From assembly GCA_964016885.1 (NCBI GenBank), contig OZ024758.1, positions 17,732,001 to 17,796,000 of the forward strand: 64,000 nucleotides of DNA, written 5' to 3'. A program made the position numbers and the translations under genes. The stretch is from Eledone cirrhosa (lineage: Eukaryota). Below, piece after piece: positions 26,455 through 39,037 of the stretch (within the stretch, counting starts at the first letter, position 1; each line of letters begins with the position of its first letter). Below the pieces are notes generated by a model. That model was not told the DNA's origin. It saw only the letters and a program-made list of their open reading frames with translations, and ran no database searches.

Positions 26455-27170
26455 CCGTATATACTCGCGTATAGGTCGCACTTTTTTAACGATAAATAAG
26501 TATAAATTTTTTAGGTGCGACCTATCCGATCGACATCAGACTGACCAATGATTTTTCATAGATTTAATCAACGATGGGTATTTATAAAAATCACTTAATA
26601 TTTTTTTTATTATTTAACATAATTGTTTCTACTTTAGGCACAAGGCCTGCAAATTACCCAGTGCATTACTGGTACTTTATTTTATCGACCCCGTAAGGAT
26701 GAAAGGCAAAGTCAACCCCTGCGGGATTTGAACTTAGATCGTAAAGGGACATAACTATGCTGGAAAGCATGTCATCCAACCCTCCACCGATACTGCCAAA
26801 TTTCATATATCTACCTTCTTATACATATATTTCTTTTATTTAAATTTTTTACTAAAACTTCGTAGTGTTTACTTTTTTTTCTATCTGACCGAACCATCCG
26901 TCATTATCTCGCAGTAATCTCGAATTGACGAGATTTCGATGACGTTAATGTTTATTTTATAAATAAAACATGGTTTGGAGTATATATTGCAACGGCGAAG
27001 TAATGGAAAGCTAACAGATTATTAGTTTTAATTATCATAAAAAATAGTAGTTTGACGGCCCAAATTTCAGTGCGACCCATCTGCGAGTCAATGGCAAATA
27101 GCCTATTTGTTAAATGAAAAGTGGGTATGCGACCTATCTGCCGGGGCGACATTTACGCGAGTATATACGG
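26455..27170. mobile_element. Tc2/pogo-like (Tc1/mariner superfamily) non-autonomous element with a nested SINE-A (26620-26798)
   Basis: TA|CCGTATATACTCGCGTA ... TACGCGAGTATATACGG|TA; subterminal GCGACCTAT repeats. Confidence 0.88.
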
Positions 27171-27414
27171 TATATATCTCTTCCTCTTCCTTCCATTTTC
27201 TTGGACACTCTTCTATTGCCAGAACAAATACTCTCTATTTTTAAAGACAGTTTATCATACATCAAAAGTCAATATGTGTATGTATGTATGTATGTAAATA
27301 TGTATGGTTGTGCAATTTCATTTGCATCTAATGATGAGGGCCAGTTCTACCTTTTGGGTAAATGCATTCGATGTTCAGAGAGTAGGATTGGTACCTTGTA
27401 AAGCCTTTAATCAC

Positions 27415-27639
27415 TTAACTCTTTAGCATTTAGACTGGCCATATCCGGCCAGAATTATCTCACCTCTTTTTGTTCAAACCAGCTATAACTGGTGACTCAT
27501 ACTGATAAGTTATTATTCTCAAAATAAATAATATCAAAATGTCATAGATTCGATATTATGTGAGATAATCATGTGAGATAAAGTGTTTACTGTGATATAC
27601 AATAGTAAGTATAGAGTAATGTAAATGCTAAAGGGATAA
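27415..27639 (+). mobile_element. piggyBac-like MITE
   Basis: TTAA CTCTTTAGCATTT ... AAATGCTAAAGGG ATAA; copies at 8998, 32986 and 49861. Confidence 0.8.
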
Positions 27640-28039
27640 AAAAAGCTTCAAGCACAGGCATCGCTTGATACGTGATATTTTTTGCGATGCATGGCATGGC
27701 TGGCCATAGGCAAGTCCCTAACAAGACTTAAAACTATTATCTGTGATGCTCATGCAAGATGAGTGGGTTTGGTTGAAATGTTAGGAATGACAGGTATGGA
27801 AGAATTTGACAAAGTGATGAGAGCACGGGAAGCATTGAAGGGTAGTAGAGGTACACTGAGGATGTGAGCAGCTACTAACAAATTATTATAGGTGCTTTAG
27901 GGTTGTAACTGAGTGAAGGTCATTCTGGGTATGTCACATGATTCATTGGTAGAAAGTGGTCACTAGAATGTACAGATATTTATCCATCAGCATGTCCATC
28001 AGTGTTAATTGGACGACAAGGTCACTTTAGAAGATCTCT

Positions 28040-28960
28040 ACATTCCAGAACCACATCATGAGACTTATGACTGGCAAGGGGCTCAGCAACCGTATCTGTA
28101 TCAGTGAGCTGCTCAACATTACTGAACTTAGACCAATTATATCTATTGTCAAGTCGAGAGTACTCAAACTATATGGTCATATAAAAAGGTCAACTCGTGG
28201 TGTGAGTAGGTTATGCCTGGAAGGAAGGTTGGCTGGTAAGAGAAGCAGAGACCAGCAGCCAAAACGATGGCTTGACAATGTCAACTTATGGACTGGACTT
28301 GACCTTTGCTCTTTGAACTCTGCTGCTGGTGATCGAAAGGTATTATATATTCCTGGAAGGAAGGTTGGCTGATAAGAGAAGCAGAGACCACCAGCCAAAA
28401 CGATGGCTTGACAATGTCAACTTATGGACTGGACTTGACCTTTGCTCTTTGAACTCTGCTGCTGGTGATCCAAAGGTATTATATATTCCTGGAAGGAAGG
28501 TTGGCTGATAAGAGAAGCAGAGACCACCAGCCAAAACGATGGCTTGACAATGTCAACTTATGGACTGGACTTGACCTTTGCTCTTTGAACTCTGCTGCTG
28601 GTGATCCAAAGGTATTATATATTCCTGGAAGGAAGGTTGGCTGGTAAGAGAAGCAGAGGCCGGCAGCCAAAACGATGTCTTGACAATGTCAACTTATGGA
28701 CTGGACTTGACCTTTGCTCTTTGAACTCTGCTGCTGGTGATCAAAAGGTATTATATATTCCTGGAAGGAAGGTTGGCTGGTAAGAGAAGCAGAGGCCGGC
28801 AGCCAAAACGATGTCTTGACAATGTCAATTTATGGATAGGACTTGATCTTTGCTCTTTGAACTCTGCCGCAGGTGATGGAACTTTGTGGAGAGAGATATC
28901 AAATGTTGATGCAGAGTCTGCAATTGGAGGAGTTTAGTGTCACAAGAGAGAAGAGAGATG
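28040..28960 (+). mobile_element. RTE-like LINE 3' fragment with an internal 136-bp tandem amplification (5 units)
   Basis: LKLYGHIKR...LEGRLAGKRSR...PKRWLDNV; unit starts at 28216, 28352, 28488, 28624, 28760; GA-rich tail. Confidence 0.85.
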
Positions 28961-29436
28961 TCCAGCAGATTAGAATATTATGATATTCTTTGATTTATTA
29001 TGGCTAACATTACTTCTGTCATGTATTTTGTGTCCTAATTTAGCAGTATTTTGGTGTTGTTTTGCTTCTGTCTTTGTTATGATACACTCTACATTTATAT
29101 AATTTGGATACATCAGATCATGCATCTATCTTTACAATTCTCATATAACTATTTTGATCATGCAACAATCATTTTTCTTTGATGTTGTTCATATATAAAT
29201 CTACATACTCTGACTGTATTGATTCTCAACTCAAATCTAATTATTTTAGCTATTTTGTAGATAGCCCCCCCCCCCCCCCCCCCCGCCCCCACTCTCTCTC
29301 TCTACCCCATTCTCCAAAGCTCTTTATATTTTGCATTCTGTTATAGCCTCAGTTTGTTATACTTTTTCTACTATTCTTTTTCACTGAAACCACACTCATG
29401 CCTGTTGTTATATATATATATATATATAGAGAGAGA

Positions 29437-29748
29437 ATTGGCCTTGCAATCGAAAGGTTGTGAGTTCAATTCTCAGACCGGGTGATGTGTTGTTTCCTTG
29501 AGCAAGACATTTTATTTCACATTGCTCCAGTTTACTCAGCTGTAGAAATGAGATGATAGGGACTGGGGTCCATATCATTCCACTGCAAAGTGGTCGTGGA
29601 GGTGCCACGGCAAAAAAGCACCCAGCACTCACTGTAAATAAGGTTGGTGTTAGGAAGGGCATCCAGCTGTAGAAATCAAGCCAGAATCAGTTCCCGTCCC
29701 ACCCTTGCAAGCAGGGAAAAGCGGACATAAAATGATGATGATGATGAT
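29437..29748 (+). mobile_element. SINE-B (5'-truncated)
   Basis: Family match with (ATG)n tail. Confidence 0.9.
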
Positions 29749-29771
29749 ATATATATATATATACACACACA

Positions 29772-29966
29772 AATAGGGTGTGGTAAGATACCAGGTGGAC
29801 CATAATGCACCAGAGCACTCGATACTTGGGGTAGTAGAGTGGGTAATATGAAAAGATTTAGGACCCCAACGTCTGAGCTCCGGCCATTTTCACAGCTAGA
29901 TCCAAACTCGGATCGAGCTGTCAAAATGGCCGGAGCTCAGCCATCGGGGTCCTGAATCTTTTCATA
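29772..29966 (-). mobile_element. GAGCTC fold-back family element (hammerhead 3' half in both arms)
   Basis: Arms ~29847-29901 / ~29910-29966; tail ACTCTACTACCCCAAGTATCGAGTGC on the minus strand. Confidence 0.78.
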
Positions 29967-29984
29967 TATATATATATATATATC

Positions 29985-30117
29985 CATCCATCCATATCCA
30001 GTTTTGGTATTTAAGGTGCTGCAGTTGTCCTGGACTCCGAGATAGGCAACACCAGGCAGTGTCTCACAGCCGCTCTCCATGAATTTCTGTCCATAGTATC
30101 GTCATCGGCGAAGTTCC
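29985..30117 (-). mobile_element. LINE 3' end fragment with (TGGA)n tail
   Basis: DRNSWRAAV-type C-terminal motif followed by a short tandem tail. Confidence 0.55.
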
Positions 30118-30192
<75 letters not shown>

Positions 30193-30295
30193 TGTGTGTG
30201 TGTGTTGGGTAATTCCGAAGGAAAAGCAAAATAAAAAAAGAGTGCTCTATGTATAGAACAGAGCTATTTAATTAGAATTTGTGTTGTTTACTTTC

Positions 30296-30341
<46 letters not shown>

Positions 30342-30719
30342 AAATAAAGAGTCAAGTCCCCAATGGTTGAGCTCCGGTCATTTCAACAGCTGATGAATTA
30401 TCTGTTTATGAATTCAGGAGCTGGTTAGAAGGGCATACATGCTTCTATAGAAGTATGTAAATTACAAGGCCCTGAACATGAATGTCCACCTATGACTGTA
30501 CACATTGTTTGCCATCATTGTGTAGTTTTCATCATGTAGTTATCATATAGTTGCAATGAAAATTAAGAAACCATTAGACATCAATTTATTTTGAAATTTC
30601 TCCATGTCTTCATGTTCGTTTTTTCATGTTCTTACTTTTGCAACACAGCAAGTAGTCTCTCCGTCTTTGGTGATGCTGATTGCTTAATTAAAGTAACTGT
30701 AAGACCATCCCCATCATCA

Positions 30720-30722
30720 GTG

Positions 30723-30780
<58 letters not shown>

Positions 30781-30986
30781 CATTAGATCATCATCATCAT
30801 CATCATCATTAGCAACAGTAGTAGCATTATATCATCATCATCATCATCATCATCGTTGTTGTCAGCAGCAACAGTAGTATCACTAAATCATCATTTTCGT
30901 CATCATCATCACCATCACCATCACCACCATCATCATCATCAGCAGCATTAGTTCAATATCATCGTTATCATCATCGTCACCACCAC

Positions 30987-31046
<60 letters not shown>

Positions 31047-31561
31047 TACCATCGTCATCATCATCATCATCGTTATCATCCTTTAGAAAGTTTCATTATT
31101 TCTGTTGCATGGTTATTCCTTGCCAGAGAGATATCATCATCATCACCATCACCATCACCATCATCATCACCCTCACCACCATCACCATCACCGCCACCAC
31201 CACCATCATCATCACCATCACCACCACCATCACCACCACCACCACCATCACCACCACCATCACCACCACCATCATCATCACCATCACCACCGCCATCACC
31301 GCCACCATCATCATCACCATCATCATCACCATCATCACCACCACCACCAGCACCATCTTTTAGAAAGTATCAATATTTCTGTGCATGGTTATTTCTTGCA
31401 AGAGAGATATCGTCACCATCACCACCATCATCATCATCACCATCACCACTATCACCATCACCACCACCACCATCATCATCATCACCACCACCACTACCAC
31501 CACCAACATCTTTTAGAAAGTATCAATATTTTTGTACATGGTTACTTCTTGCCAGAGAGAT
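30720..31561. repeat. (TAG)n plus (CAT/CAC)n array with three copies of a ~55-bp interrupting unit
   Basis: CTTTAGAAAGT...CATGGTTA...GCCAGAGAGAT at ~31077, 31355 and 31508. Confidence 0.9.
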
Positions 31562-31979
31562 GAAACTGAACACACTCTACGATTCTTTTTATTTTTGTTT
31601 TATTAGACATCAAGAATTTGTTTCTCAGGTTTTCATATAGTGTCTTCCAACTATTATATAACGTTATTACATTTAGGAATCAATATTCCCAGCTCAACAT
31701 TAGCATGGTATCATTCAGAGAATCAACGTTCCATAGAGCTTTGACAAGCCCTTTTCAATTACAAAATCCCCATTGTGAAAAACTCCTTTTCCTTACATCC
31801 AGCACACTACAGTTTTGAATTTTGATTATATTTTACTCAGAAAAAAAAACGCAGTGTACATGATCCTAGATTTTGTCAGAATGAATGAAGTCAAAGAAGT
31901 GAAACAAATTGATTGAAAGGAATGTTTCAGGTTGCAGAATGTCCACATGAGAAAATTAAACATTCACCTGTTGAATTGT

Positions 31980-33680
31980 GTGTGTAAAAGAAGAACCGTT
32001 CAAAAGGTTTGATGTTTAGTTGGTTTTAAACATTAAAACCAAAACTACTACAGCAAAAGTCACTCTACATAAAGCATCTAGTAAATTATTGAATATAAGC
32101 CGAGGAATAGGTGACCAAGAAACCGATGGTAAACTGAAGATGGTTGATGGTGGGTCAATGGCTTATATAAGCTATCTAAAAAATGTGTAAAAGAAGCAAA
32201 CCCCTCAAATGGTTTGATGTTTAGTTGGTTTAAACATCATAACCAAAACTACTACAGCAAAAGTCACTCTACATAGAGCGTCTAGTAAATTCTTGAATAT
32301 AAGCCGAGGAATATATGACCATAAATTCGATGGTAAACTGAGGATGGCTTATGGTGGGTCAATGGCTTATATAAGCCATCTAAAAAATGGGTAAAAGAAG
32401 CAAATCTCTCAAACGGTTTGAGGTTTAGTTGAGTTAGACTTTGAAACTGAAACTATTACAACAAAAGTTACTCTCTATGAAAGCTCTGGTTATACCATGT
32501 ATACTTTAATATAAGCCAAGTTATCTGATAAAAAAAGGCCTCTTAGCAGGTTTGATGTTTAGTTGAGTTAGACTTTGAAACCCAAACTACTACAACAAAT
32601 GTTACTCTACACAAAGGCACTAATAAATTCTTGAATATAAGCCGAGGAATATGTGACCCCAAAAATCAAAGGTAAACTGGGGATGGCTTATGGTGGGTCA
32701 ATGGCTTATATAAGCCATCTAAAAAATGTGTAAAAGAAGCAAACCCCTCAAATGGTTTGATGTTTAGTTGAATTAGACATTGAAACCGAAGCTACTACAA
32801 CAAAAGTTACTCTACACAAAGGCTCTGGTTATACAGTATATACTTGAATATAAGCCAAGTTATGTGATTAAAAAATCGACCTCTTAGAAGGTTTGATGTT
32901 TAGTTGAGTTAAAACATTGAGACCCAAACTACTACAACAAATGTTACTCCACGTGAAAGCTCTGGTTATATTGTATATACTTTAAACCTTTACCATTTAC
33001 ATTAATCTATATATACTAGGGCGGGGGATTGGCAGTATCGGTAGAGAGTCGGACGCCATGCTTTCCAGCATAGTTACGTCCCTTTACAGTCTGAGTTCAA
33101 ATCCCGTCAAGGTTAACTTTGCCTTTCATCCTTACGGGGTCGATAAAATAAAGTACCAGTAATGCACTGGGTGATTGCTGGCCTTGTGCCTAAATTAGAA
33201 ACAATTATTAGGGCGGTGGATTGGCAGTATCGGTAGAGGGTCGGACGCCATGCTTTCCAGCATAGTTACGCTCCTTTACGATCTGAGTTCAAATCCCGCC
33301 GAGGTTGACTTTGCCTTTCATCCTTACGGAGGTCGATAAAATAAAGTACCAGTAATGCACTGGGTAATTGCTGGCCTTGTGCCTAAAGTAGAAACAATTA
33401 ATCTATATATACTATTGTATTTTCACAGAGAAAGCTTTATCTCACATAATATCGAATCTATGAGATTTTGATATTAGTTATTTTGAGAAAAATAATTTAA
33501 CGTCGGTAAGAGTGGCTAGCTATGGCTGGATTGAACAGAATGAGGTGAGGGAATTCTGGCCGGATATAGCTGGTTTAAATGCTAAAGGGTTAATATAAGC
33601 TGAGGAATATGTGACCAAAAAATCGATGGTTAAATGGGGATGGAGGGTTGGTAGCTTATGTAAGCCATCTAAAAAATGTC
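31980..33680. repeat. Degenerate composite satellite, interrupted by a MITE and SINEs
   Basis: GGTTTGATGTTTAGTTG...AAACTACTACA...TATAAGCC modules recur ~6x and resume at 33594. Confidence 0.85.
32986..33589 (-). mobile_element. piggyBac-like MITE with TTAA TSD containing a SINE-A dimer (33019-33396)
   Basis: TTAA at 32982-32985 and 33590-33593; SINE dimer flanked by 18-bp TSD ATTAATCTATATATACTA (33001-33018 / 33397-33414). Confidence 0.9.
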
Positions 33681-33714
33681 TTGATTAGTGACTTCCATCC
33701 GTCTGCCCATTTGT

Positions 33715-34050
33715 CACATACTAGAGATAACTGAGGAAGGAAGGGGTCATGACATCACACACTAGAGATGACTGAGGAAGGAAGGGGTGATGACATCACA
33801 CACTAGAGGTGACTGAGGAAGGAAGAGGTGATGACGTCAAGCACTAGAGATGACTGAGGAAGGAAGGAAGGGTTGGTGACATCAAGCACTAGAGATGACT
33901 GAGGAAGGAAGGAAGGGGTGATGAAATCACACATTAGAGATGACTGAGGAAGGAAGGAAGGGGTGATGACGTCACACACTAGAGATGACTGAGGAAGGAA
34001 GGGGTGATGATGTCACACTAAAAATGACTGAGGAAGGAAGTGGTGATGAC
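33715..34050. repeat. ~41-45-bp minisatellite, ~8 copies
   Basis: Unit ACTAGAGATGACTGAGGAAGG(AAGG)AAGGGGTGATGACATCACAC. Confidence 0.93.
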
Positions 34051-34185
34051 AAACTACAGAAAACAGCATTTAACATTCACTACACTACACTATGTGTTTG
34101 TTTGTGGGAATGTATGTTTATTCGTGTGAATGTATGTTTGTGAGTGTGTATTTTTCTAAGTGTGAGTGTGTTTGTGTGTTTATAA

Positions 34186-34374
34186 TAATTTTTTCTACTT
34201 TTGGCACAAGGCCAGCAATTATCCCAATGCATTACTGGTACTTTATTTTATCGACCCCGCAAGGATGAAAGGCAAAGTTAACTTCGGCAGTATTTGAACT
34301 CAAACCGTAAAGGGACGTAACTCTATGCTACAAAGCATGGCGTCCGACCCTCTACCAATACTGCCAATCCACCA
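34186..34374 (-). mobile_element. SINE-A
   Basis: Family match. Confidence 0.88.
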
Positions 34375-35073
34375 CATGTTTATAAGATACTCATAATAGC
34401 GTCAGTGTATTGAAAAAATTCTAGTCTCTCAAAATTCCAAACATAGCTTGTTTATTTTCACACATGATATATTATGATGTTGTTATCAATTCACCAAGTG
34501 AATTAATTTAAATCATGAAAATATTTACTCTGTATAAAGTTATAATTCAGGTCTCAAAGGGTTAATTGATAAACTAAAATAAATAGCAATTTACGTGAAG
34601 AATTAAAATTATCAATTCATGAAACAAATTAAATATCTGCTTAATAAAACAGTAGAATTAATAGAAGCAGTGGAAGACTGGAGTTATCTGGAGATTTAGA
34701 TAATAGTCTGGTCAATATTATGTTTTGATAACGTCTGTCTTCTCCATTATGTGGCTATTATGGTCTGATTACATAAGCAGGCCTGCCAACATCTAAAAAC
34801 TGAAACGGGGAGTACCATGAAAAAAAGGGCCCCGAAACGGAGATTACCATGAAAACAAAGTGCCCTAAAACAGGGAGAAATGAGGTAAAATTGGGGAGAT
34901 TTTACATAATGAAAGCTATACCCATTTTCGCAAGAGAAGACATTGCTCACCCATCTCAAAGTGGGTGGAAGATCCCCTTATCAGGTGTGGAGAATTGACA
35001 GGTTTTCATAAGCCAAGTTTGTGAGAATGGGTGGTCCATATTTGATTTGTAGAATCATACACACATATATGTA

Positions 35074-35335
35074 CATCATCATCATCATCATCATCGTTTA
35101 ACATCTATCTTCCACGTTAGCATGGGTTAGACGGGAATTGTCCCACTTGAAGGAAGATTGGTTGGGCAACCGAGTCTTGCTAATATAAGACTATCTGGCA
35201 GGTTTTTTATTTATGGCTGGATGCCCTTCCTAACACCTACCACATTTACGGTGTGGACTTGGAGCTTTGTAATGTGTTACTTACATGACCACATTACAGA
35301 GTGGACTGTGTGTTTTTTATCATGACACCTGCACA
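35074..35335 (-). mobile_element. RTE 3' UTR copy (diverged)
   Basis: (CAT)n CGTTTAACATC...GGCTGGATGCCCTTCCTAACACC. Confidence 0.8.
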
Positions 35336-35431
35336 ACATATATACATATATATATATATATATATACATGCACATATATATATGTATATATATTTATACA
35401 TGCACATATATACACACACACACATATCTAT

Positions 35432-35641
35432 CTAGGGCGGGTAAAATTCCCAAGATCCATGGACGAGTTCTCTCCAGCGGTCTCTGTCCCTCATTATTGC
35501 TGCCATGTCCTGCATCTCCAACAGACCAGTGTCTGTCCTTAAGGCATCAACATACGTTAACCTTGGTCTTCTTCTTCCAGTGTGTCCATGTAGGGGCTCC
35601 CACAGGAGCACTGAGTGCAATGTCAACTCTGGATGTTGGTG
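35432..35641 (-). mobile_element. RTE-like LINE C-terminal fragment
   Basis: [30 protein letters not shown]...MRDRDRWRE resembles RTE C-termini. Confidence 0.7.
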
Positions 35642-35676
35642 AGCATATGTATATATATTTATACATGCACATATAT

Positions 35677-35756
<80 letters not shown>

Positions 35757-36157
35757 ATATATATATGTATGTATACATATATATGTGTGTCTTTGTGTAT
35801 GTAATATACCATCAATAAAATAAAATTTAAACAAACCCGCAAAATATCAAAAGATGTTTGTAATTATTTCTATATGGCTTCAATGTAGAGATATTATTTT
35901 CCCAAATCTCATAGCATTACAGTTTTTGTAATATTATTATAACCCCCCCCCCCCCCATCCTCCTCCATATTATCTATCTCCTTACCATCCTACCTCCTCC
36001 ATCCCTGTCTCTATCTCCTCATCCCCGTAATAACTGTAAATATTTTTAATATTACTAATGTAGATGTTATCTTTCTAATCATTATCACCATTACCATTGC
36101 TAATATTAAGCATTCTTTCATTAATAGGAAGATCAATATTCTTCTGATTATATATAT

Positions 36158-37067
36158 ATAGGAAAAAGTATGACCCAGACGGCAGAGCTCAAGCCATTTC
36201 GACGGCTATTTCTGGCCTAAATTAGAAATTTTAGCCTGGTCAATAAATAGCCGAACTTGTCAAGGGGGTACTTCCTTATATGGGAAGATTGTAGTTGTCA
36301 AGAGGATTGGTTAAAATTTGTTGTAAACACAAATAAGTCTATCATGGCCTACCCCGATGCAGCTCATCAGGCCTCTGTAGCATCAGTTCCCCCACCCCAG
36401 TAATTTTAAGATAGAATTGGCCGAATACGTTTTACTAACTACTTATAGCAGATGTGTTAAACCCCTTTAATTTTGTATAAATTTTGTATCAGTTTTGTTA
36501 CTACTCAATTTCTACAAGTTTTTTCTATTCTCAACTTATTAACCTGTAATTGTAAGATAGCATTGATTTTTTTTTATTCATTTCTCACTATCTAATTTTA
36601 TATATTTTTTTATTTCTTTCTATTATATTTGATTGTTTCCTACTCTCATTCGATTTACCTATTCTATGACCTCCCTCCTCCAATTCATACACTATCCTTA
36701 GAATCTGCTGTATACATACCACTTTCAATGCTTGACCGCTCCACTCACTCCCCTATTGTTCTACAGGCAAGTTCAGCCACCCCTACCTCGCACCAAATGC
36801 CATGATAGACTTATTTGTGTTTACAACAAGTTTTAACCAATCCTCTTGACAACTACAATCTTCCCATATAAGGAAGTCATCCCTTGACAAGTTCAGCTAT
36901 TTATTGACTAGGCTAAAAATTCTAATTTAGTCCAGAAATAGCTGTCGAAATGGCTTGAGCTCTGCCGTCGGGGTCATACTTTTTCCTATTTCCCACTCTA
37001 CTACCCTAAGTATTGAGTATTGTGGTGCATTATGGTCCATCTGGTTCCTTACCACAATTCCTTTGTT
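36158..37067 (+). mobile_element. ~910-bp element with 191-bp inverted arms, each carrying a variant hammerhead
   Basis: Arms 36158-36348 / 36799-36989, plus a unique 3' tail ACTCTACTACCCTAAGTATTGAGTA...; (TA)n flanks. Confidence 0.85.
36879..36974 (+). ncRNA. Type I hammerhead with U3-A8 variant core (UUGACAA)
   Basis: ATCCC TTGACAA G-TT-CAGCTATTT...AAATAGCTG-T-C GAAA TGGC TTGAGCTCT GCCGT C GGGGT; GUC site; mirror copy on the minus strand at ~36173-36269. Confidence 0.7.
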
Positions 37068-37343
37068 ATATATATATATATATATATATAAAATGTATAT
37101 ATATAGTGTACATATAAAATGTATATATATGTATATCTATATATATATATATATATATAAATTGTACATATATGTATATCTATATATATATATATAATGT
37201 ATATATATGTATATCTATATCTATATATATATAAAATGTATATATATGTATATCTATATATTTATATATAAAATGTACACATATATATATATATATATAC
37301 ACACACATATGTATATCTATATATTTATATATAAAATGTACAC

Positions 37344-37376
<33 letters not shown>

Positions 37377-37385
37377 TATATACAA

Positions 37386-38084
37386 TCATCATCATCATCA
37401 TCATCATCATCGTTTAACGTCCATGTTCCACGCTTGCATGGGTTTGGACGGGAGTTTTCCCACTTGAGGCAAGAGTGGTTGTCTTGCTCGCATAGGACTA
37501 TCTGGCGGGTTTTCTACAGTTGGATGCCCTTCCTAACACCAACCACATTTACAGTGTGGGGCTGGGAGGTTTTTACCGTGTTGCCTACACGGCCACATTA
37601 CAGCGTTGACAGTCTGGCGGGTTTTCTACAGCTGGATGCCCTTCCTAACACCAACCACAATTACAGTGTGGGGCTGGGAGGTTTTTACCGTGTTGCCTAC
37701 ACGGCCACATTACAGCGTTGACAGTCTGGCGGGTTTTCTACAGCTGGATGCCCTTCCTAACACCAACCACAATTACAGTGTGGGGCTGGGAGGTTTTTAC
37801 CGTGTTGCCTACACGGCCACATTACAGCGTTGACAGTCTGGCGGGTTTTCTACAGCTGGATGCCCTTCCTAACACCAACCACATTTACAGTGTCGGACTG
37901 GGAGGTTTTTACCGTGTTACCTACACGGCCACATTACAGTTTGGACTGTGTGTATTTTTTTGTCATGACACCTACACGATCTCATATGTTTCGGCCTGGA
38001 TGTTGTGGCACCAACATAACTTTACATTGAAAGGGGCGGTGTGGGTGGGGTGTGGTGGTGGGACGGGGGTGTATTTTGTTAGAG
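37386..38084 (-). mobile_element. RTE 3' UTR copy with a 112-bp unit expanded 4x
   Basis: Repeat starts spaced 112 bp apart (37606, 37718, 37830). Confidence 0.92.
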
Positions 38085-38329
38085 ATATAATATGTATATG
38101 TATATATATATTAATATCATTTGCTGGCCTTGTGCCAAAAGTAGAAACAATTACTATATCCGATGCTATTCTCATTCATTATCTTTACCATATGTTCAAC
38201 ACCATCCTGTCGTTGCCTTCACCAATTTCCTCATAACTATTCTCAATTTCAGGATATTTTCACTTTAGCTTTAGTTAAAACTACTACTACTACTACTGTT
38301 GTTGCTGATTTACTAACTATTATTACAAT

Positions 38330-38705
38330 GGTGGATTCATAGAATTGGTAGAACTTCAGCCAACATGCTTAGCAGCATAGAGTTACAGCTCTTTGCATTC
38401 TGAGTTCAAATCCCTTTCAGGTTAGATTTGCCTTTCATCCTTACGGGGTTGATAAAATAAAGTACCAGTAATGTATCAGGATAATTGCTGGCCTTGTACC
38501 AAACAATTATTACAACAGTGGATTGGCAGAGTTGCAGACAATATACTTAGCAACATAGAGTTATAGCCCTTTAAGTTCTGAGTTCAAATCTTGTTGAGGT
38601 TAACTTTGACTTTCATCCTTACGAAATCAATAAAATAAAGTACTAATAATATACTGGGGTAAATTTAATTGACTTGCCCTTTCCCGTAAAATTGTTGGCC
38701 TTGTA
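38330..38705 (+). mobile_element. Two diverged SINE-A copies
   Basis: Family match. Confidence 0.8.
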
Positions 38706-38714
38706 GCACCTAAA

Positions 38715-38869
38715 TCATCATCATCATCATCATCATACGTCCGCTTTTCCCTGCTTGCAAGGGTGGGACGGGTCCTATTCGTCACAGCATCTCTCCACTT
38801 GTCACGGTCCTTCGTCATCTCCTCCGTGAGCTTCAGCAATCTGAGGTCTGCTCTCACCACATCCACCCC
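38715..38869 (-). mobile_element. RTE 3' end (same family as 2844-3324)
   Basis: DVVRADLRLLKLTEEMTKDRDKWR...TLASREKRT plus (ATG)n. Confidence 0.9.
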
Positions 38870-39037
38870 TGTTTACAACCCTTATTAATCCCGCCGAGGT
38901 TAACTTTGCCTTTCATCCTTATGGGATAGATAAGATAAAGTACCAGTAATATACTGGGTAATTGCTGGCCTTGTGCCAAAAAGTAAAAACAATTATTACA
39001 ATTGTTTTCTTGAGCAAGACACTTTATTTCACATTGC

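Noticed and set aside
31096-31563. Poly-His ORF with repeated LLESINISVHGYFL spacers
   Set aside because: Explained by a (CAT/CAC)n array with a triplicated flank; no splice or homology support
34779-34885. hAT-like terminus CAGGCCTGCCAAC with subterminal repeats
   Set aside because: No partner TIR or TSD found in the window
36350-36390. CTGATGAGCTGC on the minus strand as another hammerhead
   Set aside because: No matching GAAA/stem III/stem I could be found
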